64,000 nucleotides of DNA from contig OZ244999.1 in NCBI GenBank assembly GCA_965223265.1, positions 6,752,001-6,816,000 of the forward strand. Direction: 5' to 3'. The notes beneath the pieces are model-generated. The model saw only the letters and a program-made list of their open reading frames with translations. It was not told the origin of the DNA and made no database searches. The stretch's first letter is position 1, and each line of letters begins with the position of its first letter. This DNA is from Planctomycetota bacterium (GTDB lineage Bacteria > Planctomycetota > UBA8108 > SXIK01). Of this stretch, positions 51,772 through 61,779 are shown in pieces. A program made the translations under genes and the position numbers.

Positions 51772-53115
51772 TTGGAGCCACGCCTCTCGCATTCCCACCC
51801 CGACTCCAGCCCGCAGATCATCCCGCGCCCCGAGCACTGTGTCTCCCGTCGCAATATCGATGACGACGCCCTGCAGGTGCTTCAGAGGCTCAGATCAGCC
51901 GGCTTTCAGAGCTATCTCGTCGGCGGTGGTGTGCGCGATCTCCTTCTCGGTAAGACACCGAAGGACTTCGACATCGCCACGGACGCTCGCCCCCGAGAAA
52001 TCCGACGCCTCTTCAGCAATTCCCGCGTCGTGGGCCGCCGATTCCGCATCGCGCACGTATTCTTCGGCGATAAGATCGTCGAGGTAGCGACATTTCGGCG
52101 CGGCACCCAAGAGGCCATCACGACAGCCAAAGGGCGCACCATCCTGCGTGACAATGCCTTCGGCACAGCGGAGGAGGACGCGCGGCGCCGCGACCTAACG
52201 ATCAACGCGCTGTTCTACGACATTTCCACGTTCGCCATCATCGACTACGTGGGTGGCATGGAAGACCTCCGCCGCGGCGTCGTGCGCACGATCAACGATC
52301 CAGGCGAAAGCTTTCGCGAAGACCCCGTGCGCATGATCCGCGCGCAGCGCCACGCGGCGCGGACCGGATTCACGATCGATTCAGCCACTTGGGCGGCGAT
52401 CCTCGACTCTCGGCACCTTCTGCCCCAAGCAAACCCATCGCGCCTCCTCGAAGAGACACTCAAGGATCTCAAGAGCGGGTACGCGGCCGTGTTTTTTCGT
52501 CAAGCTTTGGCCTCGCGGCTTCTGGAGTGGTGGCTACCGCCCTTAGCCAGCCAGCTGCGAGAGTCCGGCGACCAGCATCCACTCTGGGGACGCCTCGACG
52601 CGCTGGACCGCCAGCTGCGTGCCGGCGCAACATATACTGTACCGGTCCTTCTGTCGGTGCTGCTGCAAACGGTCGCAATGCCTGGGCGCGAACACTGGGC
52701 GGGAGAAGCTAACAACCCTCCGGACGCGTGGACGGCGATGAACGCGGAGCTGCAAGAGTTCACCGACATCGTCCGCATCTCGCGCCGTGACACCGAACGC
52801 ATGCTCGAGATCATCACCGCCTTCAGAAAACTCATCGTCAGCCGTGAACGAGGGCAACTCTTCCGCAGCATTGCGCACAAGGAGTATCTCTCCGAGGCAC
52901 TCGATTTCTTTGAGATCGATCTACGCTGCCACGGCTGCGACTGTTCCCTCGTGGCCGACTGGCGCGAAAAGGCACCGCCGGCACCCAAGCCGGCACGGGC
53001 GGGCTTCGATCGCGGCCACCCAAAGGCGGCGAAGGGGACGAAAAAGACGGAACCTTCACGGACATCGCTGCGACGACGAAGACGGAGGCGACGTCGCAAA
53101 AAAACCGAGGAGTGA
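51772..53115 (+). CDS. pcnB: Poly(A) polymerase I (start uncertain, 51673-51772)
   Basis: YLVGGGVRDLLLG..PKDFDIAT, PAP signature VGRRFRIAHV, RRDLTINAL, EDPVRMIRA, Arg-rich tail. Confidence 0.9.
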   Translation: MEPRLSHSHPDSSPQIIPRPEHCVSRRNIDDDALQVLQRLRSAGFQSYLVGGGVRDLLLGKTPKDFDIATDARPREIRRLFSNSRVVGRRFRIAHVFFGDKIVEVATFRRGTQEAITTAKGRTILRDNAFGTAEEDARRRDLTINALFYDISTFAIIDYVGGMEDLRRGVVRTINDPGESFREDPVRMIRAQRHAARTGFTIDSATWAAILDSRHLLPQANPSRLLEETLKDLKSGYAAVFFRQALASRLLEWWLPPLASQLRESGDQHPLWGRLDALDRQLRAGATYTVPVLLSVLLQTVAMPGREHWAGEANNPPDAWTAMNAELQEFTDIVRISRRDTERMLEIITAFRKLIVSRERGQLFRSIAHKEYLSEALDFFEIDLRCHGCDCSLVADWREKAPPAPKPARAGFDRGHPKAAKGTKKTEPSRTSLRRRRRRRRRKKTEE

Positions 53116-53192
53116 TGCACCCGCAACGATCAAAGTTGTCACTTGCATCAAACGCGTGAGCGCAAGACTGCGAAAGCAACGCTGCGCTTCGT

Positions 53193-54134
53193 CTACTGCA
53201 GTTGCCGGCCGTATCGGGAGGCCAGCTTGCGCTCAACGAACTGCAGGAATTCCTCCACTTCGCTCGAAAGAGTGTCGCGCTCTGCGAGTTCCGCGCGAAC
53301 TTCCGCCGGGTCCCTCTTGCCTTCCTTCGGAAAGAGCGCCTTGTAAGCCCCGCGGAGCTTGCGGATCGCGTCGACAGAGAAGCCGGCGCGCTTGAGGCCC
53401 ACGTCGTTGATGCACTGTGGCGACGACTCCGGTCCGGTGCCGAACTCAACACCGTGAATCACAAACGGCTCAAGGTCTCGCCGTGCGCCAAGAAGGCCGA
53501 TCATGAACGCGTGTCTCCCCACGGTGACAAACTGAGAGAGCGCAGCGCCGCCGGCAAAATTCGCGTGGGACTGCACGTGGCAGTGACCGGCGAACAGCAC
53601 GTCATTCGCGGTAATGACGTGGTCTTCGATGACACAGTCGTGTCCAACGTGGGTGTTCGCCATGAAGAAATTGTGGTTGCCGACGCGCGTCACACCGTCG
53701 CCTTTCTGCGAGGCTCGATGAACAGTGACGCCCTCGCGGAAGACGTTGCCGTCGCCGATCTCCAGTCGCGTCGGCTCACCACCGTAGCCAACGTCCTGCG
53801 GCGGCCCGCCGATGACGGCTGTGGGAAAGATGCGATTGTTCTTACCAATGCGCGTCGGACCGTGGATCACTGCGCCAGCACCAATCCAGGTACCGCTATC
53901 GATGTCGACGCCGCTGCCGATCACGACACCCGGCTCAACCTCAACGTCGTCAGCGACGCGCGCCTCTTCGTGAACCCAGACGCCGTCAACTAACCGATAT
54001 CCAGAAGCGGGTTTCACGTCTGGCGTTCCTCGTTTCGCTCCACTCACCTCTTGGCCTTCAAACCGGCCTCCTCGTAACGCGGCGCCGGTGTTTGGGCAAT
54101 ACTTTTTTTTGCTTTTTTGGTTTTGAGAAGGCAT
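53193..54134 (-). CDS. lpxA: UDP-N-acetylglucosamine acyltransferase (start uncertain)
   Basis: Hexapeptide repeats, GGPPQD, FREGVTVHR, HVGHDC, GLKRAGF. Confidence 0.9.
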   Translation of the reverse strand: MPSQNQKSKKKYCPNTGAALRGGRFEGQEVSGAKRGTPDVKPASGYRLVDGVWVHEEARVADDVEVEPGVVIGSGVDIDSGTWIGAGAVIHGPTRIGKNNRIFPTAVIGGPPQDVGYGGEPTRLEIGDGNVFREGVTVHRASQKGDGVTRVGNHNFFMANTHVGHDCVIEDHVITANDVLFAGHCHVQSHANFAGGAALSQFVTVGRHAFMIGLLGARRDLEPFVIHGVEFGTGPESSPQCINDVGLKRAGFSVDAIRKLRGAYKALFPKEGKRDPAEVRAELAERDTLSSEVEEFLQFVERKLASRYGRQLQ

Positions 54135-54571
54135 ATGAATACACACTTGGCGACGCGCTGCCAATGAAAAGGTTTTGTCGCTCGGCCACAGCTCAAAGGG
54201 TCGGCACGTACCGCGCATCTTCGCGGCTGCGGCGGCTGGATGGCCGTTGACGATTCTGAGTGGTGAAGGCTGGTCGAGGCTTCTATTTGCGCGGAGCGAG
54301 CGCAAGCGACCCTGGAGGCGGTCGTTGAGGACGGGCGATAGAATCAGGGTAGAACGCGCCGGCGGGGCGATCGCCCAAATTTGTCAGCAGCGGCTGAGGA
54401 AGCGCGCCTTCACAAGCAACTCGACGGCGTTCGGCTCCGGCGCCGCGCTCGGCTGCTCCCTACGGGAATCACCGACGGCGACGAATACGATTGTGAAGTT
54501 GAACGGCCCCGACGACAACGTCGCGACGTGCGAAGCGCACGTGCGACATTAGGACACCCTCGCGAAAGTTC

Positions 54572-55672
54572 ATGAAAAAACAGGAAACGACCTACCGGAT
54601 ACAGCGCTTCACCGAACCTCTGGCGACTGAGTCCGGCGCGGTTCTGCCGAGCTTCGAGCTCGCCTATGAGAGTTGGGGTGTTCCCCGCGAGCGTCCCGAA
54701 GACACCGTGGTCGTGCTCCACGCGCTGTCGGGATCGAGCCATGCGCTCAGTTCCCCCGGTGTGAAAACACCGGGCTGGTGGCAAGGACTCCTTGGCGGCG
54801 AGGCGCCGCTCGGCCCGGCGCGACGGTTCGTCATCTGCTCGAATCTGCTCGGCGGCTGTAGTGGAAGCACAGGCCCAAGCTCCATCGACCCGACGCAAGG
54901 CCAGCCGTACGCCGTCGACTTCCCCGCGCTGACGATCGGCGATCTGGTGGAGTCGCAAAGACGACTTCTCCAGGCGTTGGACATCCCGTTTCCGGTGACC
55001 CTGGTCGGTGGATCCATGGGCGGCATGCTGGCACTCGAGTGGGCGGTTCGTTATCCCGAAGAGGTGTACCGCCTCGTCGGCGTCGGAACACCAGGGCGAT
55101 CGTTCGCGCAGACGATCGCCCTACGGGCGGTACAGCGCGAGGCGATTCTCAACGACCCCGGGTGGAAAGGGGGACGCTATTACCCCGGGCCTGGCCCGAC
55201 GAACGGCATGGCTCTGGCGCGCAAGATCGGCATGATCACCTACCGCTCGGCAGCTGAATTCGAAGAGCGGTTTGGACGTGCGATGCGCGACCCGCGGCCC
55301 CACTTTCTTGACGGCTTCTTTGAAGTGCAGTCGTATCTGAACCACCAAGGGGGAAAGTTTGTCGATCGATTCGACGCCAACACCTACTTGTACTACTCGC
55401 GCGCGATGGACCTCTTCGATCTCAGCAGCGACTATGAATCGCTCGCCGCGGCCCTGGCTCGAGTGACGGCACGGTGCCTGCTAGTCGCGATCGACAGCGA
55501 TTTCCTCTGCCCACTCGAGCAGATGGCCGAAGTCGAAGAGGCTCTCAAGGGAGCCGGGAGAATCTGCGAACTCGAAGTCATCCGGTCAATTCATGGCCAC
55601 GATGGCTTCCTCATCGAAGCCGAACAGATCAATCAGCGAATCGAGAAGTTCTTGGAGACGACGGGTCGCTGA
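54572..55672 (+). CDS. metX: Homoserine O-acetyltransferase
   Basis: HALSG, GGCSGSTGP, GGSMGGM nucleophile, RFDAN.Y, HGHDGFL. Confidence 0.93.
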   Translation: MKKQETTYRIQRFTEPLATESGAVLPSFELAYESWGVPRERPEDTVVVLHALSGSSHALSSPGVKTPGWWQGLLGGEAPLGPARRFVICSNLLGGCSGSTGPSSIDPTQGQPYAVDFPALTIGDLVESQRRLLQALDIPFPVTLVGGSMGGMLALEWAVRYPEEVYRLVGVGTPGRSFAQTIALRAVQREAILNDPGWKGGRYYPGPGPTNGMALARKIGMITYRSAAEFEERFGRAMRDPRPHFLDGFFEVQSYLNHQGGKFVDRFDANTYLYYSRAMDLFDLSSDYESLAAALARVTARCLLVAIDSDFLCPLEQMAEVEEALKGAGRICELEVIRSIHGHDGFLIEAEQINQRIEKFLETTGR

Positions 55673-55723
55673 CTGGCTACGCGTCAGGAGGCTGCGGCAA
55701 TCACCTAACGCGTCCGACAGAGG

Positions 55724-56560
55724 CTATTTCCTCTCCGACTCGCCCGACTCGTCGCCGACCAAGCGCACAAACCGGACAACCGTTCCGCCCTCTTCGTTGA
55801 CCTTGCCGTCTTTGTCCTTGGTGATGAGTCGGAGCTCCTGGTAGTAGTCGCCGACTGGAATCACGAGTCGTCCGCCAGGTTTGAGCTGGCGGATCAACGC
55901 CTCAGGCACCTTCTGCGGCGCGGCCGTAACGATGATCGCGTCGTAAGGCGCGGCGTCTTCATGTCCCATGCGCCCATCGCCGACGACGAAGTGGATCTTG
56001 TCAGGAGTGAGGACACTCTCCCCCTGCAATCGCTCGATCGTCCCACGTGCCTCTGAGGCAAGCGCCGGCAGAATCTCTACCGTGTACACGCTCTTCGCCA
56101 GCTCACCAAGGATCGCCGCCTGGTAGCCCGAACCTGTACCGATTTCGAGGACCGTCTCTGTGCCGTCGAGATCGAGGAGCTCCGTCATGATGGCCACGAC
56201 GGTCGGTTGCGAAATCGTCTGCCCTTCGTTGATCGGTAGCGCGTTGTCAACGTAGCTCCGCGCGCGGATCTCAGGCGGCACGAACTCATGTCGCGGCACG
56301 CGGCGCATAGCGTCCAGCACACGGCGGCTCTTAATGTTCGCTTGCAACGCATCGACCATTCGATTGCGTAGCTTCGCGTAGTCAGCTGGCGTTGGCACAG
56401 CACCAGTCTCCGAATGTGATCCGGTTTTGACCCCGCGCGGCGGCGCGCTCTGAGGGTCGGGAGCATCACAGCGCGCGAGCCCGAGACAGACCGCAAGACA
56501 GGCGACGGGTACCCAGCGGTGAATGAGCCACCGCCACGCGGTGGACCGACGCCGGGGCAT
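55724..56560 (-). CDS. pcm: Protein-L-isoaspartate O-methyltransferase with N-terminal signal-like segment
   Basis: VPRHEFV, GQTISQP, VLEIGTGSGYQAA, APYDAIIVTAA, QLKPGGRLVIPVG, VRFV. Confidence 0.93.
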   Translation of the reverse strand: MPRRRSTAWRWLIHRWVPVACLAVCLGLARCDAPDPQSAPPRGVKTGSHSETGAVPTPADYAKLRNRMVDALQANIKSRRVLDAMRRVPRHEFVPPEIRARSYVDNALPINEGQTISQPTVVAIMTELLDLDGTETVLEIGTGSGYQAAILGELAKSVYTVEILPALASEARGTIERLQGESVLTPDKIHFVVGDGRMGHEDAAPYDAIIVTAAPQKVPEALIRQLKPGGRLVIPVGDYYQELRLITKDKDGKVNEEGGTVVRFVRLVGDESGESERK

Positions 56561-56779
56561 ACAGCGCTGCATGAGATCAGTTCTCCCGCTCAAGTGTCGC
56601 TCCGGAGGCTCCTCACCAAGGGCCGCCAAAACCGGGCTCGGCCGGCGAGAAGCTCGCCGACCCACGAGCCCAGCGCCCAGCGACGTTCGCTGAAGAGCCC
56701 GCTCTTGTCAGACTCCTAAGATCTTATAGCAAGGATGATCGGCCGCCATGAGATTTCTCCAGGCCGCGAGCTGCGGCTC

Positions 56780-57868
56780 TCACGAGTCCGCCTCAGCGTA
56801 GTCCGTGAACGACCGAACGCTCTCCTCGTCAAGTCCGCGCACCACGTGACCGAGCAGCTCGTACGCGTTGACATAGTCCTCCCACTGAATCAGCGACACG
56901 TGCGTGTGGATGTGACGCGCCGGGACAGCGATCACGACCGTCGGCACTCCACGCCCGTGCATATGAATCGAGCGAGCATCTGTGCCGCCGCTTCGCCGCA
57001 CCGCCGTCTGCACTGCGATGCCGTGCGCTTCAGCCGTACGTTCGACGAAACGCACCAACCGGCGGTTTGAAAGTGCCGTTGGATCGTACAGCCGTATCTG
57101 CGGCCCACCACCGAGCACACTCTGCCGCTCGGTGAAACCGGGAAGGTCGTCCGCGGGCGTTCCCTCGAGCACGATCCCGACATCGGCCGAGGCGACTTCG
57201 CACGCCGTCGCCGCGCCGCGACAACCGACTTCTTCCTGGACCGCAGCAACGCCAACCACCGTGTTGGGGTGGTCGGTCGCGCTCAGCGAGCGCAGCAACT
57301 CACAGAGCAGACCGACGCCGACTCGATCATCGAACGCTTTACAACTCAAGACGCCGTTGACGCCGAATTCGACCCACTCGCTATGCGGCGCGATGGCATC
57401 GCCAACTCGAATGCCGAGGTCTTCGACTTGCCGGCGCGACGATGCTCCGACATCGACATACATCTTTTCGAGCCCAAGTACTTGGTCGCGTTCCTTCCCC
57501 TTCAGAAAGTGCGGTGGAGTCGAACCGATAACCCCGGCGATCGTCCCTGAGTCTGTGAGGACCTGCACCCGCTGCGCGAGAAGTACATGCCCCCACCATC
57601 CGCCGAGCGGCACGAATCTTAGACGGCCTTCGTCCGTGATGCTCTGAACCATAAAGCCGACTTCGTCCATATGCGCATCGACAAGCACACGCGGAGACTT
57701 CGTCTTCCCACCGACCTCGCAAATCAAACTTCCAAGAGCGTCGTATGAGATCTCGCCGACCTCCTCGACAGTTTCACGGACGATGCGACGAACGGCCCTC
57801 TCCGCGCCCGGAACGCCAGGTGCAAGCGCCAAGCGACGCAAGAGTTCCCGATTTGGTTGCTGCGACAT
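56780..57868 (-). CDS. M42 family metallopeptidase
   Basis: AHMDEVG, KAFDDRVG, QEEVG, GGTDA, RHIHT. Confidence 0.93.
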   Translation of the reverse strand: MSQQPNRELLRRLALAPGVPGAERAVRRIVRETVEEVGEISYDALGSLICEVGGKTKSPRVLVDAHMDEVGFMVQSITDEGRLRFVPLGGWWGHVLLAQRVQVLTDSGTIAGVIGSTPPHFLKGKERDQVLGLEKMYVDVGASSRRQVEDLGIRVGDAIAPHSEWVEFGVNGVLSCKAFDDRVGVGLLCELLRSLSATDHPNTVVGVAAVQEEVGCRGAATACEVASADVGIVLEGTPADDLPGFTERQSVLGGGPQIRLYDPTALSNRRLVRFVERTAEAHGIAVQTAVRRSGGTDARSIHMHGRGVPTVVIAVPARHIHTHVSLIQWEDYVNAYELLGHVVRGLDEESVRSFTDYAEADS

Positions 57869-58107
57869 GAATCCTTCCTCTTCGCGCCGCGTGTAGGCCC
57901 GATATCGCGGCGACATGAGCTTCTCAGGCGGGCTGCTCGTCACGAACGCACGCAGGGTAAACCAACTCAATCCGTGGATGCGAGGCCATAAGTCAGCTGC
58001 CGCGCAAACTCGAGGTAAAGCGCCGCCAGTGAAATGCGGCGACAGTGACGATACGATAGCAAGTCATACCATTCCGCCCCCGTCCGTCTCTACAGACCGA
58101 GGTCAAC

Positions 58108-59574
58108 GTGAGAGAGCCGTTGTTCGAGCCGACACGCGTCATCGCTGGCGTCCTGGGGGTTGTTCTTGCAATGTCCGTAATCGCTGCCAACGAGACGCCA
58201 CCCGATCCACGGACGCAGAGGGGCGCGGGAGAATCCTCTCAGCCGGTCAGTGCGGAGGAGTTAGCAAAACGGCGCGCCCAGGTCGTCGAGGCGCTGGAAG
58301 CCGACGCCGACGGGAACTCGTTCCTCCTCCTCCTAGCTCCGCCGCGCGCCCAGTTCGCGGGAGATGTCAACTACCCTTATCGGCCCTCCAACGATCTCTA
58401 CTACCTGACCGGAATCGACGAGCCAGACGCCGCACTCCTGCTCTCGAAGAAGCCGTTCGAGCACGGGAACGCCTTGCTCTTCCTACGACCGCAGAGCGAA
58501 TTCTCGGTGCTTTGGAATGGCCGTCGATTGGACGCGCCGGAAGCGGCGCGAGTCAGTGGCGTTGCCATCGAGGCCATTCTCGACGTCGACAGCCTGAAGG
58601 ACAGAGTCCGCACCTCCGTCGGAAGCAGCACGCCGCCGCATCGCCACCGCTCTGCGTATCCAAGTGCCGGTCACCTCTACTTCGACGCAGGTCCCGCGTT
58701 CGCTGCCGGCGAACCTGCCAGCAGCGGCTACGGGTTTCTGCTTTCAACGCTGGGAAGTGCAGCATTTCATCTGGATCTGAAACTGCCGAGCTCTGCCATC
58801 CATCCGCTGCGACAAGTGAAGTCGGACGCCGAAATCGCAACCCTCGCACGCGCCGTTGAAATCACATGCACGGCGCTCAAACGGGCCATCGAGGCGGTTC
58901 GCCCCGGGCTTTTCGAATACGAAGTGCGCGCCTTGATCGAGTCGACGTTCCTCGAGGCCTCAAGCTCAGGGTGGGGCTTTCCGTCGATCGTGGCCAGCGG
59001 CGCCAACGCTTGCACGCTGCACTACGCGGACTCTTCGCGCCAGCTCGAGCCGGGCGACCTTCTGCTCATGGACGTCGGCGCCGAGTATGGCTACTACTCC
59101 GCCGATGTGACACGCACCATTCCGGTGAGCGGACGCTTCACAGAACGTCAGCGAGCACTCTACGAAGCCGTGCTGCGTACTCAGGAACACGTCATCGAAT
59201 CGGTCAAGCCCGGGACAACCATGAAGGAGCTGCACACGCTTTCAAAAGAGAAGCTGGCGGCGGAACTCATCGCCCTCGGCGAGCTCGAGGAGGAGGGCGA
59301 GATCGGTGCGCTGCTGCCGCACCGGACGTGTCACGGTCTTGGCTTGAGCGTCCACGACCCGTCGCCGATCGAGCAACTCGCTCCCGGCATGGTGATCACC
59401 ATCGAACCAGGTGTCTACTTGCTGGGCGAGGGCATCGGAATCCGCATCGAGGACGACGTCGTCGTCACTGCCGACGGGTGTCGCGTTCTCAGTGCATGCG
59501 TTCCGAAGTCGCCCGACTCGATCGAAATGTTGATGCGCCAGGGCACTTCGTCATCCCGCCCAGATTCACGTTGA
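58108..59574 (+). CDS. Xaa-Pro aminopeptidase (M24B) with signal peptide
   Basis: YYLTG.DEP, VKS.AEI, DVGAEY.YYSADVTRT, HGLG..VHD, TIEPG, IRIEDD. Confidence 0.92.
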   Translation: MREPLFEPTRVIAGVLGVVLAMSVIAANETPPDPRTQRGAGESSQPVSAEELAKRRAQVVEALEADADGNSFLLLLAPPRAQFAGDVNYPYRPSNDLYYLTGIDEPDAALLLSKKPFEHGNALLFLRPQSEFSVLWNGRRLDAPEAARVSGVAIEAILDVDSLKDRVRTSVGSSTPPHRHRSAYPSAGHLYFDAGPAFAAGEPASSGYGFLLSTLGSAAFHLDLKLPSSAIHPLRQVKSDAEIATLARAVEITCTALKRAIEAVRPGLFEYEVRALIESTFLEASSSGWGFPSIVASGANACTLHYADSSRQLEPGDLLLMDVGAEYGYYSADVTRTIPVSGRFTERQRALYEAVLRTQEHVIESVKPGTTMKELHTLSKEKLAAELIALGELEEEGEIGALLPHRTCHGLGLSVHDPSPIEQLAPGMVITIEPGVYLLGEGIGIRIEDDVVVTADGCRVLSACVPKSPDSIEMLMRQGTSSSRPDSR

Positions 59575-60393
59575 CCCAGAATGCATCGCCGGTGCGCAAA
59601 CAGCGAACGCGCCGTAGCCCACGACGCGCTCGCGCGAGCCTGACGTATCGCTGGAGTTCTGCATCGACAGCGCGCGTACGTGCAGTCCTTTCCGCCGGGC
59701 GACCTCCAAGAGAGCGTTGATCGGTTTGTGACCACACGCGTCGTCGCCGCCGACCGGCTCCAGCGCCTCGATGCGCTCGCATGTGGCGCGATCAAGACGC
59801 CGGGCCGTCCGATCGTCGTGGTAGTGACTCAGATCTGAGCTGATCAGAATCACGGTCTCGTCACCGCCCCACACCGCCTCGAGCACATCGCTCAGCACCG
59901 CGGTGGTGACGCTGCCGACCAGGAGCGGCACGATGGAGAAACGGTCAAACAGCTGTTGCAAAAAGGGCAGATGAACTTCGAGGCAATGTTCCTCGCGATG
60001 AGCCTCGTCGAGGCGCGCCACAGCGCCTCCCTCACACAAGCGCGCAACCGTTTCGGTGTCGATTGGGACCCGGCCAAGAGGCGTCACGAACGCCGCGGCG
60101 CTCGAAGCCGCGACGCCGCGGAACGGGACGCGGTGCGCCGGGCCGACGATCACGACGCGTGTCGTCGAGCTCGCACCGGCGGCGAGAGCAGCGTAAGCGT
60201 GCGCGGCCACCTGCGCGGAGTAGATGTATCCGGCGTGCGGTGCGATGACGGCCTTCGCCGCTTCACTCGCCTCGGCAATAGCAGCGAGGTGGTGGCGAAC
60301 CGCAGCTCGGAGCTCATGCGCATCTGCCGGATAGAAGAGACCGGCGACTGCCGCCGGGCGGACTTTCACAGGCGTTCCTTTCGATGGTTCCAT
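59566..60393 (-). CDS. amrB: AmmeMemoRadiSam system protein B (MEMO1 family)
   Basis: RPAAVAGLFYP, APHAGYIYS, GPAH, EHCLEVHLPFLQ, SSDLSHY, VVGYGA. Confidence 0.9.
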   Translation of the reverse strand: MEPSKGTPVKVRPAAVAGLFYPADAHELRAAVRHHLAAIAEASEAAKAVIAPHAGYIYSAQVAAHAYAALAAGASSTTRVVIVGPAHRVPFRGVAASSAAAFVTPLGRVPIDTETVARLCEGGAVARLDEAHREEHCLEVHLPFLQQLFDRFSIVPLLVGSVTTAVLSDVLEAVWGGDETVILISSDLSHYHDDRTARRLDRATCERIEALEPVGGDDACGHKPINALLEVARRKGLHVRALSMQNSSDTSGSRERVVGYGAFAVCAPAMHSGST

Positions 60394-60524
60394 CGCGTTG
60401 TACACTATCGATAGCGTCGATCGACAGCACCGCGTGCCATGCAGCGTCCGGCGCGGCCGGCGCTCCACACGCGGAGGCAGACACCAGCGTAGTCTCCGAA
60501 CGCCCACAGCGGAAGAACCTGTCC

Positions 60525-61628
60525 ATGGCGGCGAACCCTCACACTCACATCCACCCCGGTCGATTCTGGCATCGCCTCGACGACGGCCGCATTCAATGTG
60601 ACCTGTGCCCGCGCTACTGCTGCCTCGACGAAGGGCAGAGAGGGCTTTGCTTCGTCCGCCAGCGACTCGGCGACCAGATCGTGCTCACGACCTATGGTCG
60701 ATCGAGCGGCTTCTGCGTCGATCCCATCGAAAAGAAACCCCTGAATCATTTCCTCCCGGGCACCCCGGTTCTGTCGTTCGGCACTGCTGGCTGTAACCTA
60801 GCGTGCAAGTTCTGCCAAAACTGGGACATCAGCAAGTCGCGTGAAATGGACACCCTGGCGGACGCGGCCTCGCCAACACGCATCGCCGCTGCTGCCGAGC
60901 GGCTCCGCTGCCGCAGCGTCGCGTTCACGTATAACGACCCGGTGATCTTTCATGAGTACGCCGTCGACGTTGCCGCTGCTTGCCGCGAACGAGGCATCAA
61001 AACCGTGGCCGTGACTGCGGGTTACGTCACGCCGCAGCCGAGGGCGGAGTTCTTCACCGCCATGGACGCTGCCAACGTCGACCTCAAAGCCTTCACGCAC
61101 AGTTTCTATCGACGGATCTGCGGTGGCGACCTCGACACAGTCCTCGACACGCTCCGCTATCTCAAGCGCGAAACGAACGTCTGGTTCGAGATCACGACCC
61201 TGCTCATCCCGGACGAGAACGACTCCAATGCCGAACTCGAAGAGATGACGCAGTGGGTCGTCGCCGAACTCGGGCCGGACGTACCGATGCACTTCACCGC
61301 GTTTCACCCGGACTGGAAGATGATGGAGACCCCACACACACCTCCGAGGACACTGTCCCGCGCCCGCATGATCGCCATGAAAAACGGCGTCCGGTACGCC
61401 TACACAGGAAACGTCCACGATCCAGCCGGCGCGAGCACGTACTGTCCTGCATGTGGCGACCGCCTCATCGGCCGAGATGGATACGACATCACGTGCTGGA
61501 ACCTTTCGCACGCGAGTTGCGGGACTTGCGGTGAGGGAGTTGCGGGCGTCTTCGACGCACAGCCCGGCGACTGGGGCGCTCGAAGACTTCCTGTCGATCT
61601 CAGCGCGAGCGGCGGCAGCCCGACCTAG
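60525..61628 (+). CDS. amrS: AmmeMemoRadiSam system radical SAM enzyme
   Basis: CDLCPRYC, DPIEKKPLNHFLPG, CNLACKFCQN, HFTAFHP, YTGNVH. Confidence 0.93.
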   Translation: MAANPHTHIHPGRFWHRLDDGRIQCDLCPRYCCLDEGQRGLCFVRQRLGDQIVLTTYGRSSGFCVDPIEKKPLNHFLPGTPVLSFGTAGCNLACKFCQNWDISKSREMDTLADAASPTRIAAAAERLRCRSVAFTYNDPVIFHEYAVDVAAACRERGIKTVAVTAGYVTPQPRAEFFTAMDAANVDLKAFTHSFYRRICGGDLDTVLDTLRYLKRETNVWFEITTLLIPDENDSNAELEEMTQWVVAELGPDVPMHFTAFHPDWKMMETPHTPPRTLSRARMIAMKNGVRYAYTGNVHDPAGASTYCPACGDRLIGRDGYDITCWNLSHASCGTCGEGVAGVFDAQPGDWGARRLPVDLSASGGSPT

Positions 61629-61779
61629 CGCGAGGGAGGAGCCGAGCCGAACGGTGTAAGGTCAGAGTGCGCGTCTGACGCAGGCCGTTCGTGAACGAGA
61701 ACGACGATTCTCCAGCGCGAAGAATCGTGCTGGATTTTGTGGCGGTGCCGACACGGAGGCGCTCACCGGTCCCGTCTCG

